Source of the DNA: Paraspadella gotoi
Taxonomy: Eukaryota; Animalia; Chaetognatha
Direction: 5' to 3'
NCBI GenBank assembly: GCA_051294375.1
Contig: CM119266.1
Span: 3,515,098 to 3,579,097 of the forward strand
Length of the DNA stretch: 64,000 bases
Part shown: positions 27,881-41,434 of the stretch, piece by piece
Layout: every line of letters begins with the position of its first letter
Numbering within the stretch: the first letter of the stretch is position 1
Made by a program: the position numbers and the translations under genes
The notes under the pieces: generated by a model
The model's database searches: none
What the model was told of the DNA's origin: nothing
Seen by the model: only the letters and a program-made list of their open reading frames with translations

Positions 27881-28158
27881 AAGTGTTGAAAAATGTTCTT
27901 CAAAAAAAAATTAAAACTAAAAAAAAATATTTGATGTTTTTGAAAACCTAAAATAGGCATTTAGGCTAAATGCCCATTTTTTTATTATTCAAATTTGACC
28001 GCGATTACGATTCTTTATTTGTTTATCTTTTTTTTTCGTTTTGATTTAAAAAAAAAATTGATTTATTTATTTATTTCTTTTTTTCTCTCTCTCTTCGATC
28101 AAACGTGTGTGTTTCGTTATCGATAACAACTCTCTCTCTCTCTCTCTCTCTCTTCTTC

Positions 28159-28222
<64 letters not shown>

Positions 28223-28284
28223 CCGGCGCATCGCATGTGGTAGAGAGGTAGAGAGGTTTTTCGATTAAAAAAAATCGAGAAATC

Positions 28285-28358
<74 letters not shown>

Positions 28359-28423
28359 AGAAGAGAGGGTTTCAATCTTCTTCCTTTTCAAAAAAAAATG
28401 CCTTCCCTCGCTAAAGTTCGTCA

Positions 28424-28468
28424 CGGCGGGGGCGGCGGCGGCGGCGGCGGCGGCGCGGCGGCGGCGGC

Positions 28469-28510
<42 letters not shown>

Positions 28511-28578
28511 AGCCCGGGGATCATCACAGCGGGGTGAAATCGTCGTCGTCGTCGGCGTCGTCGTCGTCGTCGTCGTCG
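28424..28578. repeat. (GGC)n followed by (GTC)n, forming a GC/CpG-rich island
   Basis: About 28 GGC units, then GTC units, flanked by (CT)n/(GA)n tracts in an AT-rich background. Confidence 0.85.
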
Positions 28579-29727
28579 CAACTCGATTTAAGTTCTTCTT
28601 TCATTCAAAGTCGGAGAGAGAAAAAAAAGTTTTTCTTTAAGTAAAAACTTTCTTGATTTTTTCTTTTTTTTTTTCTGAACAAGAATAGAAAAAAAAAACG
28701 CAGTATAGTAGTTCATTTGGCGTACGCGCTGTATTGAACAAACATCTACTTTTAGGTAAAACAAAATTTAAAAAAAGTACTCTTCCTTAAAGAGGGACAA
28801 TTTTGGCAAGACACTGAAAACCCTACTTTAGCGACTTTTCTTAAGAGTATGAGTATTAAAAAATCGAGACAATGGTTAAACAAAAATTATGCAATTGAAG
28901 AGATCGAGAGAAGAATAGGAGATATCTAGTACTAATAATTTTCTTCATAGTCATTTTCTTATTGTTTAAATATTTTTATTTTATATTTATGAGATGTTAA
29001 AATGTTAAAATTTCAAAAATATATATATTTTTTTACATCTTTACATTCCTTGTAAAAGTTAAAAGTTAAATAAAAAACATGAAACATGTTCGTGAAAATT
29101 TTGATGTTTTCAGCATTAAAATTGAAAAATTTTAAAATCCGTTTTCGTAGTAGAAACTATTTTGCATTATAGTAACGATTCAAACTTTAAAATGTTATAA
29201 AACATGCTTTACACTGCGGCGCAAGATAAAGTAGCCACTAGTTTACTTTAAATACACCACTATTTATTTTTTAATTTTGAGAAAATATACATGAAAGTAT
29301 AGCTCGTTTAAAGAGCTATCGATTGGTGCAAGAAATATTTGAATTGGTTTAGGCAGTAGAATATAGCAAGACTTTAAAGTCAGAGTCTCAAATCGGAAAT
29401 GGGGGGAAAAAGTAATTTCCTAAGGTGAGCGTTGATGATACTTCTTTTTCTGACTAATGTTTACAATATAAAATTAAAAATATCATAATGGAATTAAAAA
29501 TATAATAATTTGAATTTTTAGGGGCGAATTTGAAATATTAATTTAAATTTTAAAATTTTATAAATTTATAAGGTTCTTTCTTTTTATTTCTTTCTCCTTA
29601 AATTCCTTTTAATTTATTTCTTTGTTTCGCCATTACAAAAATCTGTGACTTGAGTTTCATCAAAAAGTTTGCCTTATTTTTTAATCCCGTTAGAGATTAA
29701 AAAGTCAGATTAGAGCCTTGTGATTGA

Positions 29728-29780
<53 letters not shown>

Positions 29781-30174
29781 CGGTAGGGGCCCACAGACTA
29801 AGAGCCCAAAGCGAAGAGAAAGAGAAACGAAAAATCTTACAAAAACAAAAAAACTCGTAAACGTAAATTACGGAAGAGAATTAGGACGAAGGAGAAAGGA
29901 TGAGTAAAAAATTAGAAATATTATTAAAACGAGATAAGATAAGAATGAATCACTAAAAAATTAAATAAGAACAAAAGTGAAAGAAATAAAGTAAAGTTTA
30001 AATTCACGAATGATAAATGAATAAAATGAAGTTAAAATTTTAGAAATTGAGGAGACGAGGTAATGAAACAGAGAAGAATGAGAAACTTCAAGCTCTCTTT
30101 TCCTAAAGCGACCCATTTCTGTTCAGTAACCCCCCAAACTCAATTTTAACCAAATATTTATCCATTATCGAAAC

Positions 30175-30975
30175 CATAATCTTTAACTGGCCTTATCCTA
30201 ATCCCTAACCCAAATCACTCCCCTAATTCTAATCTTTAACCTAATTCTAATCTTTAACCTGTAGATATGGCGCTAAGAGGGGCTGAAGAGTACTATCTTA
30301 TAATCTTTAACCTAGTCCCTAACCTTATTCTAATTCCTTTACCCTAATCCTAACCTAATTCTAACTTTAACCTAATCCCTAACCTAATTTTAATCTTTAA
30401 CCAAATCCCTAATCTAATTCTAATCTTTAATCTGATCTCTAACCTAATTCTAATCTTTATCCTAATCCCTAACCTAATTATAATATTTAACCTAATATCT
30501 AATCTAATTTTAATCTTTGACCTAATCCCTAACCTAATTCTAATCTTTAACCGGATCCCTAACCTAATTCTAATCTTTAACCTGATCCCTAACCTTATTC
30601 TAATCTTTAACCTAATCCCTAACCTATTCCAACTTTTAAACTAATCCCTAACCTAATTCTAATCTTTAACCTAATCCCTAACCTAAATCTAATCTTTAAC
30701 CTGATTTCACAACCTAATTCTAATCTTTATCCTAATCCCTAACCTAATTATAATCTTTAACCTAATCCCTAATCTAATTTTAATCTTTAACATAATCCCT
30801 AATCTAATTCTAATCTTTAACCAAATCCCTAATCTAATTTTAATCTTTAACATAATCCCTAATCTAATTCTAATCTTTAACCTAATCCCTAACCTAATTA
30901 TAATCTTTAACATAATCCCTAATCGAATTTTAATCTTTAACCAAATCACTAATCTAAGTCCTAACCCTAACCTCT
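30175..30975. repeat. Hexamer-based 30-bp satellite (AACCTAATTCTAATCTTTAACCTAATCCCT)n, telomere-motif-like
   Basis: 6-bp periodic xxxTAA hexamers including CCCTAA, organised into 30-bp higher-order units. Confidence 0.9.
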
Positions 30976-31231
30976 CACCACTAACCTCTCCTCTGACCTC
31001 CTCTGACCCACCCTATTGAAATAGATTGGCCCTTTTCATAACTTAAGGGAGCCGGGAAATTTCTTACTCGTCTTTTAAAAAAGTATTTTATCACAAGCAA
31101 TCTGACTATCAGTATCACTTCCGATTTTATAAAAATGATTTGTTAACGATGTTAAAAAAAATGTTATTTCTCTATGCATATAATGTCAAAACTATGAAAT
31201 GATTAAGAATCTGACTGAAATTAAACGGTTT

Positions 31232-31312
<81 letters not shown>

Positions 31313-31423
31313 AGCAATGCCGACCTTAAGACGATCGCAAAATATCGAGAACAAATCTTGAATCTGAATTAAAATAAACATCAACTTTCTGAAGAATCCG
31401 TGTTTGAAGGCCTGTTTGGCGAG

Positions 31424-31530
<107 letters not shown>

Positions 31531-31963
31531 CGAATTGGAAATTGGGAGGAAATTTGAAGCAGAGAGAGCGAGAGAGAGAAAGAGAGAAAGATATATTTTT
31601 TTTTGAGGTTCTCTGAAAAAAAAAAATGTTGAGGAATTCTGGATTTGATTTTGACTTAAAGATCAAAGGTGATCATAAAAAGTGGTAACGGGGTAAAGGT
31701 GTAAAGGGTCAGAAGTTTGGAGGAGTAGGGGGGCACAAGTCAAGGGGGCTAGGGGCAAAGAGCAGGAGGTAAGGAGAAGAAGTCAGGGAAGTGGATGTAA
31801 CGAAGAGAGATCGCTCGCATCCAGTCTCAGTTTAAAAGAGAATCAGGAAGTTGACTTTATTTGATGATGATGATGATTGATGATGATGATGATGATGATG
31901 ATGATGACGACAATATTAAAAATAAAATTGACTAAAATAATTTCAAATAGGATTATTTGAAAC

Positions 31964-32003
<40 letters not shown>

Positions 32004-32303
32004 GTATTATTATCATTATTATTATTATTATTATTATTACAGAATGATTGTGATGGTGATTGTTGATGAAGACGCTATTGATAATGATAATGATATTATA
32101 TGCTGATGATAAAGAAGACGATGACGATGAAGCTGCTTGTAGATATGATCGAGGTTGCTGACTAAAATGTATATTTAAACAATAAAATATGAATATTTTC
32201 TAAAAAAGTTTAATTAATTAACCAGTTGAGTTTTCGTGGTCAACGTGAGGTTGAATTTCACCCTCGAAGGGGTGACTACTGATTCATCAATGTCTCGTTC
32301 TCC

Positions 32304-32356
<53 letters not shown>

Positions 32357-32430
32357 ATAACAGTTTTAAATTACGCGCTTAATTGGGAAATGTTAGGCGA
32401 ATAATTCATTCGGTTACCTACCTTTAAGTC

Positions 32431-32495
<65 letters not shown>

Positions 32496-33950
32496 AAAAT
32501 AATACTTATTTATAAAGAAAGGAAAAAAATAAGAAAATAAGAAAATAAGAAAAGGAAAATAAAATAACCAAATGACGCATTATTATATTCCATTTTTCAA
32601 ATTAATCAATATTTAATTAATTTTAGTTATAGATCAGAGGTCAATTTACATTTTTTTACAGCGAAACACGCGGAGAACGAAATTACAGTCGGCGAAGTTC
32701 AATGAGACTTTTACGAGATTTCAATCTCAGTGGAGTTTTCCAAGTTCGATTAATTTAATGCGGGTTTTTTGTTTAAAACGAATGAAAATGTTTAAAATGT
32801 TTTGAATATCTGAGCTGTAAAAAATAATATTATTTAATTGCATGAGAGAGTAAAGCATAACACGATAAAGCATATACATTCTGCATTTACCATTCTACTA
32901 AATGCAAAATCTATTTTTAACGATCACTTCAGTTTCCTACAATATAACTTTATTCACATATTTCATGAAACCAAATAACTAATGACTAAATCAATTAAAC
33001 AATAAATATTCTTTTCTCCAAAAAGCAAAAAAAAATTGTATAAAATAAAATAATATTTGTAAAAAAATAAAAGCAAAATGAAAAAAAAATATCGTTTTTG
33101 ACAGTACAATAAGTATACTACTTTTAACTAAAGAAATATTTTTGGGATATCTGTTAAAAATAAATTTTTTTCATATCACAGAGAGAGTCAGACTGAGACA
33201 GAGAGAGGGAGAGAGAGAGACGTTAATGTCTCAAGTCCAAACCTGGCTTTTGATTTACAACAAGTCGGTGGACGGAAGCCTGAGTTTCAATTTGGTTCAG
33301 CAAAGAAAAACAATTTAGAGAAAAAGAAAGGATCAGTATGGACAGTTGGACACTGGACGATTGGACAATGAGAACGGTTATCTAATTAGTTGAGTTAGTC
33401 AATAATACTAGTTAAATAGACGCCTAAGAAAATAAAAGTAATTAAGCTAGAATAAACGCAATTTGTTCAATCATTTCTGTTTGCTTAACCAATGATATCC
33501 ATATGTATAGAAAATACTAAATAGTACTTAATTCTTAGTAATTCTTAGTAATTGTTTTTGAGAAAAGATGGAATTTTAAATAATATATGTGAAACCACTT
33601 TTGCAATTTCCCAAATTATTTGTTTGATAACTAAACCCAAAACAAAACTGTATTATAATAGTACAATTTCGCAATTTGTTTCGGTTTGTGTCGTCAGACA
33701 TATTTAACTGTGTTTAGACTTTTAAAAAAATATGTAAAAATAGGGTCGTCTATGAAGAACTCGCAATCCGTCTACCTCATTAAGTCAAAAATCGGAAATT
33801 AAAAAAGATCGAATTAAAAAAGTTAAGTCGAACAAATGAACATCGACTGGGAATTCTTGATAATCAAAACCAGATACTCTCTCTCTCTCTCTCTTTCGCT
33901 CTCTCATTTTTTTCCCTTTCTATTTTTTTCTTACGTTTTCTGAGAGAACA

Positions 33951-34137
33951 GTTTTCCGAAAACGCCACATTTCTGTTTCAAACCCCTTAATTTTAATTTT
34001 AAAAACTAACCTTAATTTAAAAAAAAATATTTTAATCTATAACCTAATCCAAAACCTTAATTCTTAACTTAATGCATAATCTTTAAATTTAAAAACTAAT
34101 TCTGAATTTAAGCAGAAATGGGGCGCTTTTGGGAAAC
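33951..34137. mobile_element. MITE-like element with ~25-bp imperfect TIRs and degenerate CTAACC/CTTAAT-type interior
   Basis: GTTTTCCGAAAACGCCACATTTCTG ... CAGAAATGGGGCGCTTTTGGGAAAC. A related left end (TTTTCCTAAAGCGACCCATTTCTG) precedes the 30-kb satellite. Confidence 0.55.
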
Positions 34138-35895
34138 ATGCCCAGTCTGGGTTTACCGTAGTAACTTGTGGCTGTGCCAATACACGTAAATCGCTTTCAA
34201 GGGCTTAAACTGAACTGTTATTTTTTTTAAAAATTGCATCATTCTTTTTAACTTTCATCATTCTTTTTAACTTGCATCATTTTTTAAACTTATATCATTT
34301 TATTTTTTTTAAATGATGTAAGTTAAAAAAATTGCTACAAGTTTTTAATATGATATAATGATGGTTAAAGAATATTAATTAAAAAAATGTTAAATTATAT
34401 AGAATGATAAAAATTTAACTATTTAAACTAAAATTATAATTTAGAATAATAAAAATTTAAACAGAAATTGCTATTTTATAAAAAAGCAAATGCAAAGGGA
34501 GATCCGCAGGTGCAGAACAAAATTATTATGCATGTTCTTTTGTTTTTTAAAAAAGAATAAGATATCTGTGAATAATTTTTCAAACTTAATCAAAAGTGTT
34601 ATCTTATCTTACTGAATGCTCTTTTGTTTTTAAAAAAACTTAATTTGAATATTATTTTGTTTTACAAAAAAACAGAGCTTCTGGAAAAAAGTTTTTTTAT
34701 CCTAAAAAAATTTTTCTTGATAATGGAACTCTCTAGAAAACTATGTTAAAAACATGCAAATATGTTATTTTGTGTAAGAGCAAATCTCTATAAAAATCAA
34801 AATGAACCAAAATGCTGTTAGTAAGAACTAAGAAATGAATAAAAAGCTCCGAGTAGGAGAGAAGAAAGGATGAAAAAAAAAATGATGGACGAAAAAAAAA
34901 AGAAAAAAAAAGACCAAAATTCATGGGTAAAGTACATCGCTGAAAAATGAACAAATAAACTTATAATCAAAATGCATAAAAAATATTTCCAGCCTCTGAT
35001 CGGAAATGAAAGAAAAATGCGAATGAATGAATACATGAATAAAAATAAACAAACCAATGCCTACGAGAAAAAACTTAACGATTCTATCCCACCTTTTTTC
35101 TTATTCAACGATGTCGAACACTTGTTTATGCAAATGAGATTTAGGCGGCATTTTTTATCGCCGACTTGGTATACCAGTCGATAGCCGAAATTGAAATATT
35201 GTTTTGTTTTTAATAAAATAATCAAGATTAAAATAAATATAAAGTAAAATTAAAATATTAAAAAGTAACCAGATTTTTACGGCAACCGGTGATTTGATTA
35301 TTAATATTTGAGAACCATTACATGTTTAAATTAAACCTCATACCTCAAGTCAACTGCTCGCGACAAGGTTATCTGATTAATGGTGTAAAACCATGTTTAC
35401 AATCTGTCTATTTTAAGAATAAAATTAAACCAAACCATTGATCTGATTGCTTTTAATTCCGCTGTATAAAAAAAATTAAAACTACGTAATTTTAAGTAAA
35501 TTATTAATTAAATACTGTTTACAATATGACAAAAGCGAGATCCCTGGATTTTCCCAGTCGCAATTATTGTACTGGCGATTTCATTAATTCACTAAATTTA
35601 TTCACAAAAAATGCCCATCATCGTTTGATGTTCACGATTCCGCTGTTTTTCATTTTGTTTTTTTTTCTTCTCTTCGATGTCGAGAAAGAAGGCGACATCA
35701 CGTGGTCACTCGGAGAAACAGATTTGTTGTTGTAACTGAAAAAAAAGACAAAATTTATAAGAAATAAAAAAGCCGCGATTGAAGATTATATACACATGTA
35801 GTTAAAGAGATGACGTTGTTAATTGAGGGCAAAAAGTAAACAAAACCATTCATTTTTTTTTATGTCATCGCATACACAAGAAGAATCGTATTATA

Positions 35896-36665
35896 CAGAT
35901 CTGGTCAAAAAAAGTTTAATAGTTATAATAAAAGTATTTTATTTCGCTATTTAAAAAAAAATAATATTTTTTAAAAATTATCCATCCATTTAATAAATAA
36001 GCTATCTTGTCCCTGACTTTGGACAGGCTTTGGTGGTTTAAGGCCTCCATCACACTTGCAAGATAATAACATAACAGGTTTCTGCAAGCTTTTAATCAAG
36101 CCTCTCTCACAGACTTGTTTATTGGACTACCATTTGCTTATAATACCGCTTCCATGCGACGAGGGAAAGAGTTGTAGATTCTGTCTTGAATTATTAGACT
36201 TTCCAGGTCATCGTCCTTGCTTTCTGTAGATATGCAAAGCCACCTGCTTTTAACAGCTCTCCAGTTGCTTCAAATTTGTTAACAATTCTGCAGATGGCTG
36301 AGGGAAATAAATAAAACTGTTTGGCAATCCTATATCTTGACAAACCCGCCTTACAAAGCTTAACAATTGCAGCTTTCTTTTTGGGTTTTAGCTGTTTTGA
36401 AGTTTCTATATTAAAAAAACAAAAAAATTAAAAACAAAGATGGATAAAAATATTTTTTTACAAAACAAAAAATTGTAAGACAAAATTTTGATCTTTTTTT
36501 TTATTTTAGCACAGCATCTAAATAATAATATTAAGCCTAAAAACCTCATTATGGGCTCAAACATCTCTGTTTTAGTTTTTAGTTGAACCAAAGTTTTAAT
36601 TAATAGGACGACAGATAAGCAAGATAGTAGGTGGTTCAAAGTTTAAACTTTTTTGACCAGATCTG
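35896..36665 (-). mobile_element. Internally deleted Tc1/mariner transposon (770 bp) with transposase remnants
   Basis: TA|CAGATCTGGTCAAAAAAAGTTTAA ... TTAAACTTTTTTGACCAGATCTG|TA. The minus strand encodes an N-terminal HTH-like segment (ETSKQLKPKKKAAIVKLCKAGLSRYRIAKQFYLFPSAICRIVNKFEATG, ~36405-36260) and the Tc1 C-terminal motif (IYNSFPRRMEAVL*ANG); the DDE domain is missing. Confidence 0.9.
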
Positions 36666-36725
36666 TAGGTTTATATATATCTAATTAAAAAAAGACTAAA
36701 TTAAAGAGCTTACCAGTTTAGAGTT

Positions 36726-37048
36726 TTAGACAGTCGCCAAGAATCGCGCCAGGCCCCTCCGCGCCATCATGACGCCACGCTCCTCCGCGCCATAATTGAC
36801 GCCACGACAATCCACTTTCGGCGCCAATTCGAGAGCGACAGTTTTTTTATTCGTTTTATCCGCCATTAAACAGAATCTTCGTTCAAGGATGCTGCACTCC
36901 GGGGAGTCGTTTCCCGGGTTGCTGCGCTCCGGGCTGCGGCAGACGGGGTCGATCCATCTCGGATTGCTGCTGTGCCGCCGCCGCGGCAGCGGATTTGGCG
37001 GCGGCGACGGCGGCGGCTGAGGCTGCTGCGGCGGCGGAGACGCAGGAC
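36726..37048 (-). CDS. Probable terminal exon, Pro/Gln-rich, of an unidentified gene
   Basis: GC-rich block after the acceptor ...CATTTCCAG; open in all three frames (longest PASPPPQQPQPPP...RGLARFLATV*). No upstream partner exon identified. Confidence 0.35.
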
Positions 37049-38263
37049 TGGAAATGTTTGTTGGTTGAGGATGCGAAGGGAGGTCGAAGGGAAGAGAGCA
37101 GGTGAGAAGAGATGAGGTGGGCGGACATGATGCGAACACAGGACAAGATTGGGTGCGATCAAAGGAAGATATGAAACCAAAAAAAGATTTGATGCAGTCC
37201 GTCGGAGAGAGGATGCGAACCTGAGCAGAGATTGATTAGATGCGATGAGAGGAAGAGATGACTCAATCAGAGGAGCTACGGTGCGATCACTGGGGGATTG
37301 GATGCGATCAGAGGAGCGAGGATGCGATCACAGGGGGATTCGATGCGATCAAAGGATGCGTCCAAGTATCACTAGAGACTATCGGAGGAAGATTCGATGC
37401 TAATAATAATTACTTTTGGCCTAATATGTAAAGATTAAAGGCCTAATAAATGCAGTTTTGTCGTCGTAGTTGAGTTAAAATCGAAGTTTCGGCCGAAAAT
37501 ATTTTCGGGTTGTGAATTGTTCTGGGAGAATATGGGCTGATGAAATCTCTAGCAATCATTGCGGAGTCAGACGCAACCGTCCGTTTCATAACGACTCCCA
37601 CAGAGATGCGATAAACTGTTTCTATGATGTACAGGAATAAGAAGTATTAATTTGCATTGCGGTTTGCGAGTTCCGAGTTTCTTGAGTCACCACGATTGTC
37701 TGAAATACTCGGGAAGTGTCCAGATCTCAATATGTCGTTATTCTGAGGCTTTTTTTTTTCCTTAAATTTTTCACAACTGGTTTCGCGTGTTGCGAGAAAG
37801 AACGAGGGAACCGTTTCCTGTCGCACCTGAGAGAGAGAGAGAGAGACGGACGATAAGTAAATAAACGTAATAACAATAAAAACTTTAAGTGCAATTTTTT
37901 TTTTCTCAAAACGTGGTTTCAGTGCGAAAGGTCGTTAAAGATAACTAGAGACAAAGGGCGAGACAGAGATAGAGCGATGAACAGAAGATAACTCGTAACG
38001 ATTACGAAACCTCGGCCTCTGTCGGTTCATGGTCTCAAGTTTGTTAAAACAAAATGCCAACGGACAGTAATTCGTAATAAAATGCACAGATGTCGCAGTG
38101 GTTGAAGTTCCGTACAACAAATGAACATACGATGATTGTCACGGAAATTCATTATTTTCTGAAAATAGGAGAGCTCCAAGAGAAAATTTTTTAAAAAAAT
38201 TGTAAAAAAGCTAAAATTGTATTAAAATGCATACTAAACTGCAAATGACAATGAAAGCCTTTC

Positions 38264-38427
38264 TTGCACATCGAGCTGGTCTTGACTGCACATAATGTTT
38301 GCGTCTTAACTTGCACATCGAGCTGGTCTTGACTGCACATAATGTTGGCTTAACTGGACATCGAGCTGGTCTTGACTGCACATTCATGTTGGTCTAAACT
38401 GCACATCGAGCTGGTCTTGACTGCACA
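38264..38427. repeat. ~43-bp tandem repeat (TTGCACATCGAGCTGGTCTTGACTGCACATAATGTTGGCTTAAC) x4
   Basis: Four adjacent copies, built from ~21-bp subunits. Confidence 0.9.
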
Positions 38428-38713
38428 CCTGCTCCGTTTTGATCGCACTCGTCTTCACAGGAGGCGACAATGACGTCGATCCTTGTTGCCGAAGAATCCG
38501 TCGCCGACGCCAGAGGGGGTCGTCGTAATTATCGTCGTCGTCGTCGTCGTTAAAATCTTAACAACGATGCCGCCAAATTAAAAACAAAACTTAAGGTCTT
38601 AAGTATTTAGCTTCATTTTTTGTGTGATGAGAATCGAAAGAAGTAAACGTAAACTTTTCTCCTTTAATTGGATATATAATTCTTAAAAAATCGTAAATCT
38701 CTTCTGATTAAAG

Positions 38714-39807
38714 ACAATGACGACGACAACAACCAAACCGGAGACGATTATACTTCGACGGCTGCCGAGACTTCAGATGCCGAAACTTAAACCCAAAGTG
38801 AGAGATGCAGCATCTTTAAAAGGCGATGCTGCGTCACGAGTTGCTGCGAAAAATCCGACCAGCGAAGGAAGGGACAAAGGGTTCGTGGCTGCGGCGACGA
38901 AAGATAAAAGTGAAAATGCTGTGGCGATTGTGAGAGAGACTCCTGCGGCTCAACTTGGTGCAGAATCCGTTGTAGCAAAGGCTGCTTTATCAAGACCGTA
39001 TACGAAGGAGACTGAAGTCGTCGGGACGACAAATTCAAAAACAACAACAACAACAACAACATCTTCTCTCCCATCGATTTTTCTTAACGACGATGATTAC
39101 GATTATCCAAAAGAATCGGGGAAGAATCCAACGACAAAAGCACCAACGTCCAACTCATCGACATCTGCGATTCCAGAAGCCATTGATGTCGGAAGCAAGA
39201 CCAACGTCCACCGAATGAGTTTCGCCTCCGATTGGAGATTTGTCAGATCATTCGTCGACGACAACACAATCGTCGGTTAGTGATTGATTGATCGAAATGA
39301 TTGACTGTTATATATAATCTGTCAAATGATTGATAGATTAAATTATTAAATTATTGAACGATTGATTGATTGCTTCGTTCGTCCCTTCGTTTATTTTTTC
39401 AATACTTTTTAACTATGTATAATTAATGACATTAATTCTCAACCATCAGAAAACCTTCCTTCCATCCACCAATCCTGCTCTTTCGACAAACGCCGCTACT
39501 CGAGTCTCCCGATCAACGCGAGAGTCAAAGGAGGATGGATATTTTCACCGAAGGTTCGACGATCGATGTCGAAATATTGTTTGCTTTTATTTTATTACTC
39601 TTTGTCTTTCTTTTATTTTTAACATCATTAATTTTGTCTTTGTTTTTTTTTTTTTTTTTTTTTTCCTCCTCCACTAACAAAAGACTTCAACATTGTCGGC
39701 GTCGTCGTCTGAGTCGTCGCCATGGAAACGAAAACCGTGTTTGTTTTCGGGTCATACGGGAAAAACGCGGGTCAGTTCAGATATCCGAGGTAAGTGCTGA
39801 GAGAGAT

Positions 39808-39852
<45 letters not shown>

Positions 39853-41358
39853 GAGAGTGAGAGGAGAGAGAGGAGAGAGAGAGAGAGAGAGAGTGAGACA
39901 ATTTCATTTTCTGATGCTACGACAGGAATTTGGTTTTTTCCGATGAAAAACTTTTCGTCGCTGACGTCGGCAACGCGAGGGTTCAAGTCTTCACCAAAGA
40001 AGGACAATTTCTTTATCAGGTTATTGTTTGGATGCTTTAATATTATTTACATATTGCAGCGTTTCATTTTTTTCTACAGTTATACACTTTTTCAAATTTT
40101 CTTTTTATTTTTCCAAAGATTTTTTCATTCCGTCGAAAAATCTTCTTTCATTTTCTTATTATCTTTCAACCTTTTTTCCTCTTTTCTTTCCACTTATCTT
40201 TCAACATTTTTTTCTCTTTTCTTTCCACTTATCTTTACACATTTTTTCTTTTTTCTTTCCACTTATCTTTTAACATTTTTTTCTTTTTTATTTCCACTTA
40301 TCTTTCAACATTTTTTCTTCTTTTCTTTCCACTTATCTTTCAACATTTTTTCTCTTTTCTTTCCACTTATCTTTCAACATTTTTTTCTCTTTTCTTTCCA
40401 CTTATCTTTCAACATTTTTTCTTCTTTTCTTTCCACTTATCTTTCAACATTTTTTCTTCTTTTCTTTCCACTTATCTTTCAACATTTTTTCTTCTTTTCT
40501 TTCCACTTATCTTTCAACCTTTTTTTCTCTTTTCTTTCCACTTATCTTTCATCATTTTTTCTCTTTTCTTTCCACTTATCTTTCAACATTTTTATCTTTT
40601 CATTTTTATTTCATTTTTATCTTTAAACTTTTTCTTATATTTTCTTTCCTCCTTCATTTCTATCTCACATCCTCGTCCCCCAGTTTCCCGTCGGGTCTCC
40701 CTTTAAAACTGAGTCGGACGCGGGCGGGAAGACCCTGACGGACCTCGCCGTACGGAGAGACGGATCCGTAGTTCTGCTGCAAGTTTCGGTCAGAAAAGGT
40801 TGGACAATTAAATGAATTGGACAAATAAATAGACAATAAAATGAAATGAGATTAAAAGCCAAACACTTTTTATCTTTAAAAAAAAATTTAGAACTTCTTT
40901 CAAAAATTGCTTATTTTTACGTCGTCCAATATTTTAATCACATAAATTTCTCGTCACAAAATCCATTTTTAATTCCTCTAAACTCACATTCGTCTTCACA
41001 ATTCACAGGTTCGCCGATGTCCTCTCTTCTCTCTCACATCAACGAAGCGAAAAAAGTTCAAACTTTCACGCGAAACGGGAACCTCAAATCCTCGTTCTCT
41101 CACAAGGTGGACCCAAAATAAGTGTGAGCCGTGCCATATTTGCATAGCGCAGTGTGAGTTTGTTGATTTTTATCTTTCCATCGTCTTCCCATAAACTTCC
41201 TCTTTTTCTCCCGCATAAATTCGATGTCACTTCGGGTTTTCGACTTTTAAACTTTGACCTTTTTAGTGACAAACCAGCTTTTTATATCTTTCTTTCTTTT
41301 TTCTTTCTTTCACTCTTTCTTTTTTTCTTTCTCTCTTTCTTTTTTTTCTTTCTTTTTT

Positions 41359-41434
<76 letters not shown>

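Noticed and set aside
30175-30975. True telomere or chromosome-fusion scar
   Set aside because: Only isolated CCCTAA hexamers within a 30-bp higher-order satellite; no pure or head-to-head array.
39535-40626. 363-aa Phe-rich 'membrane protein' ORF
   Set aside because: Read-through of NHL introns, poly-T and the 30-bp minisatellite; the real exons mostly use other frames.
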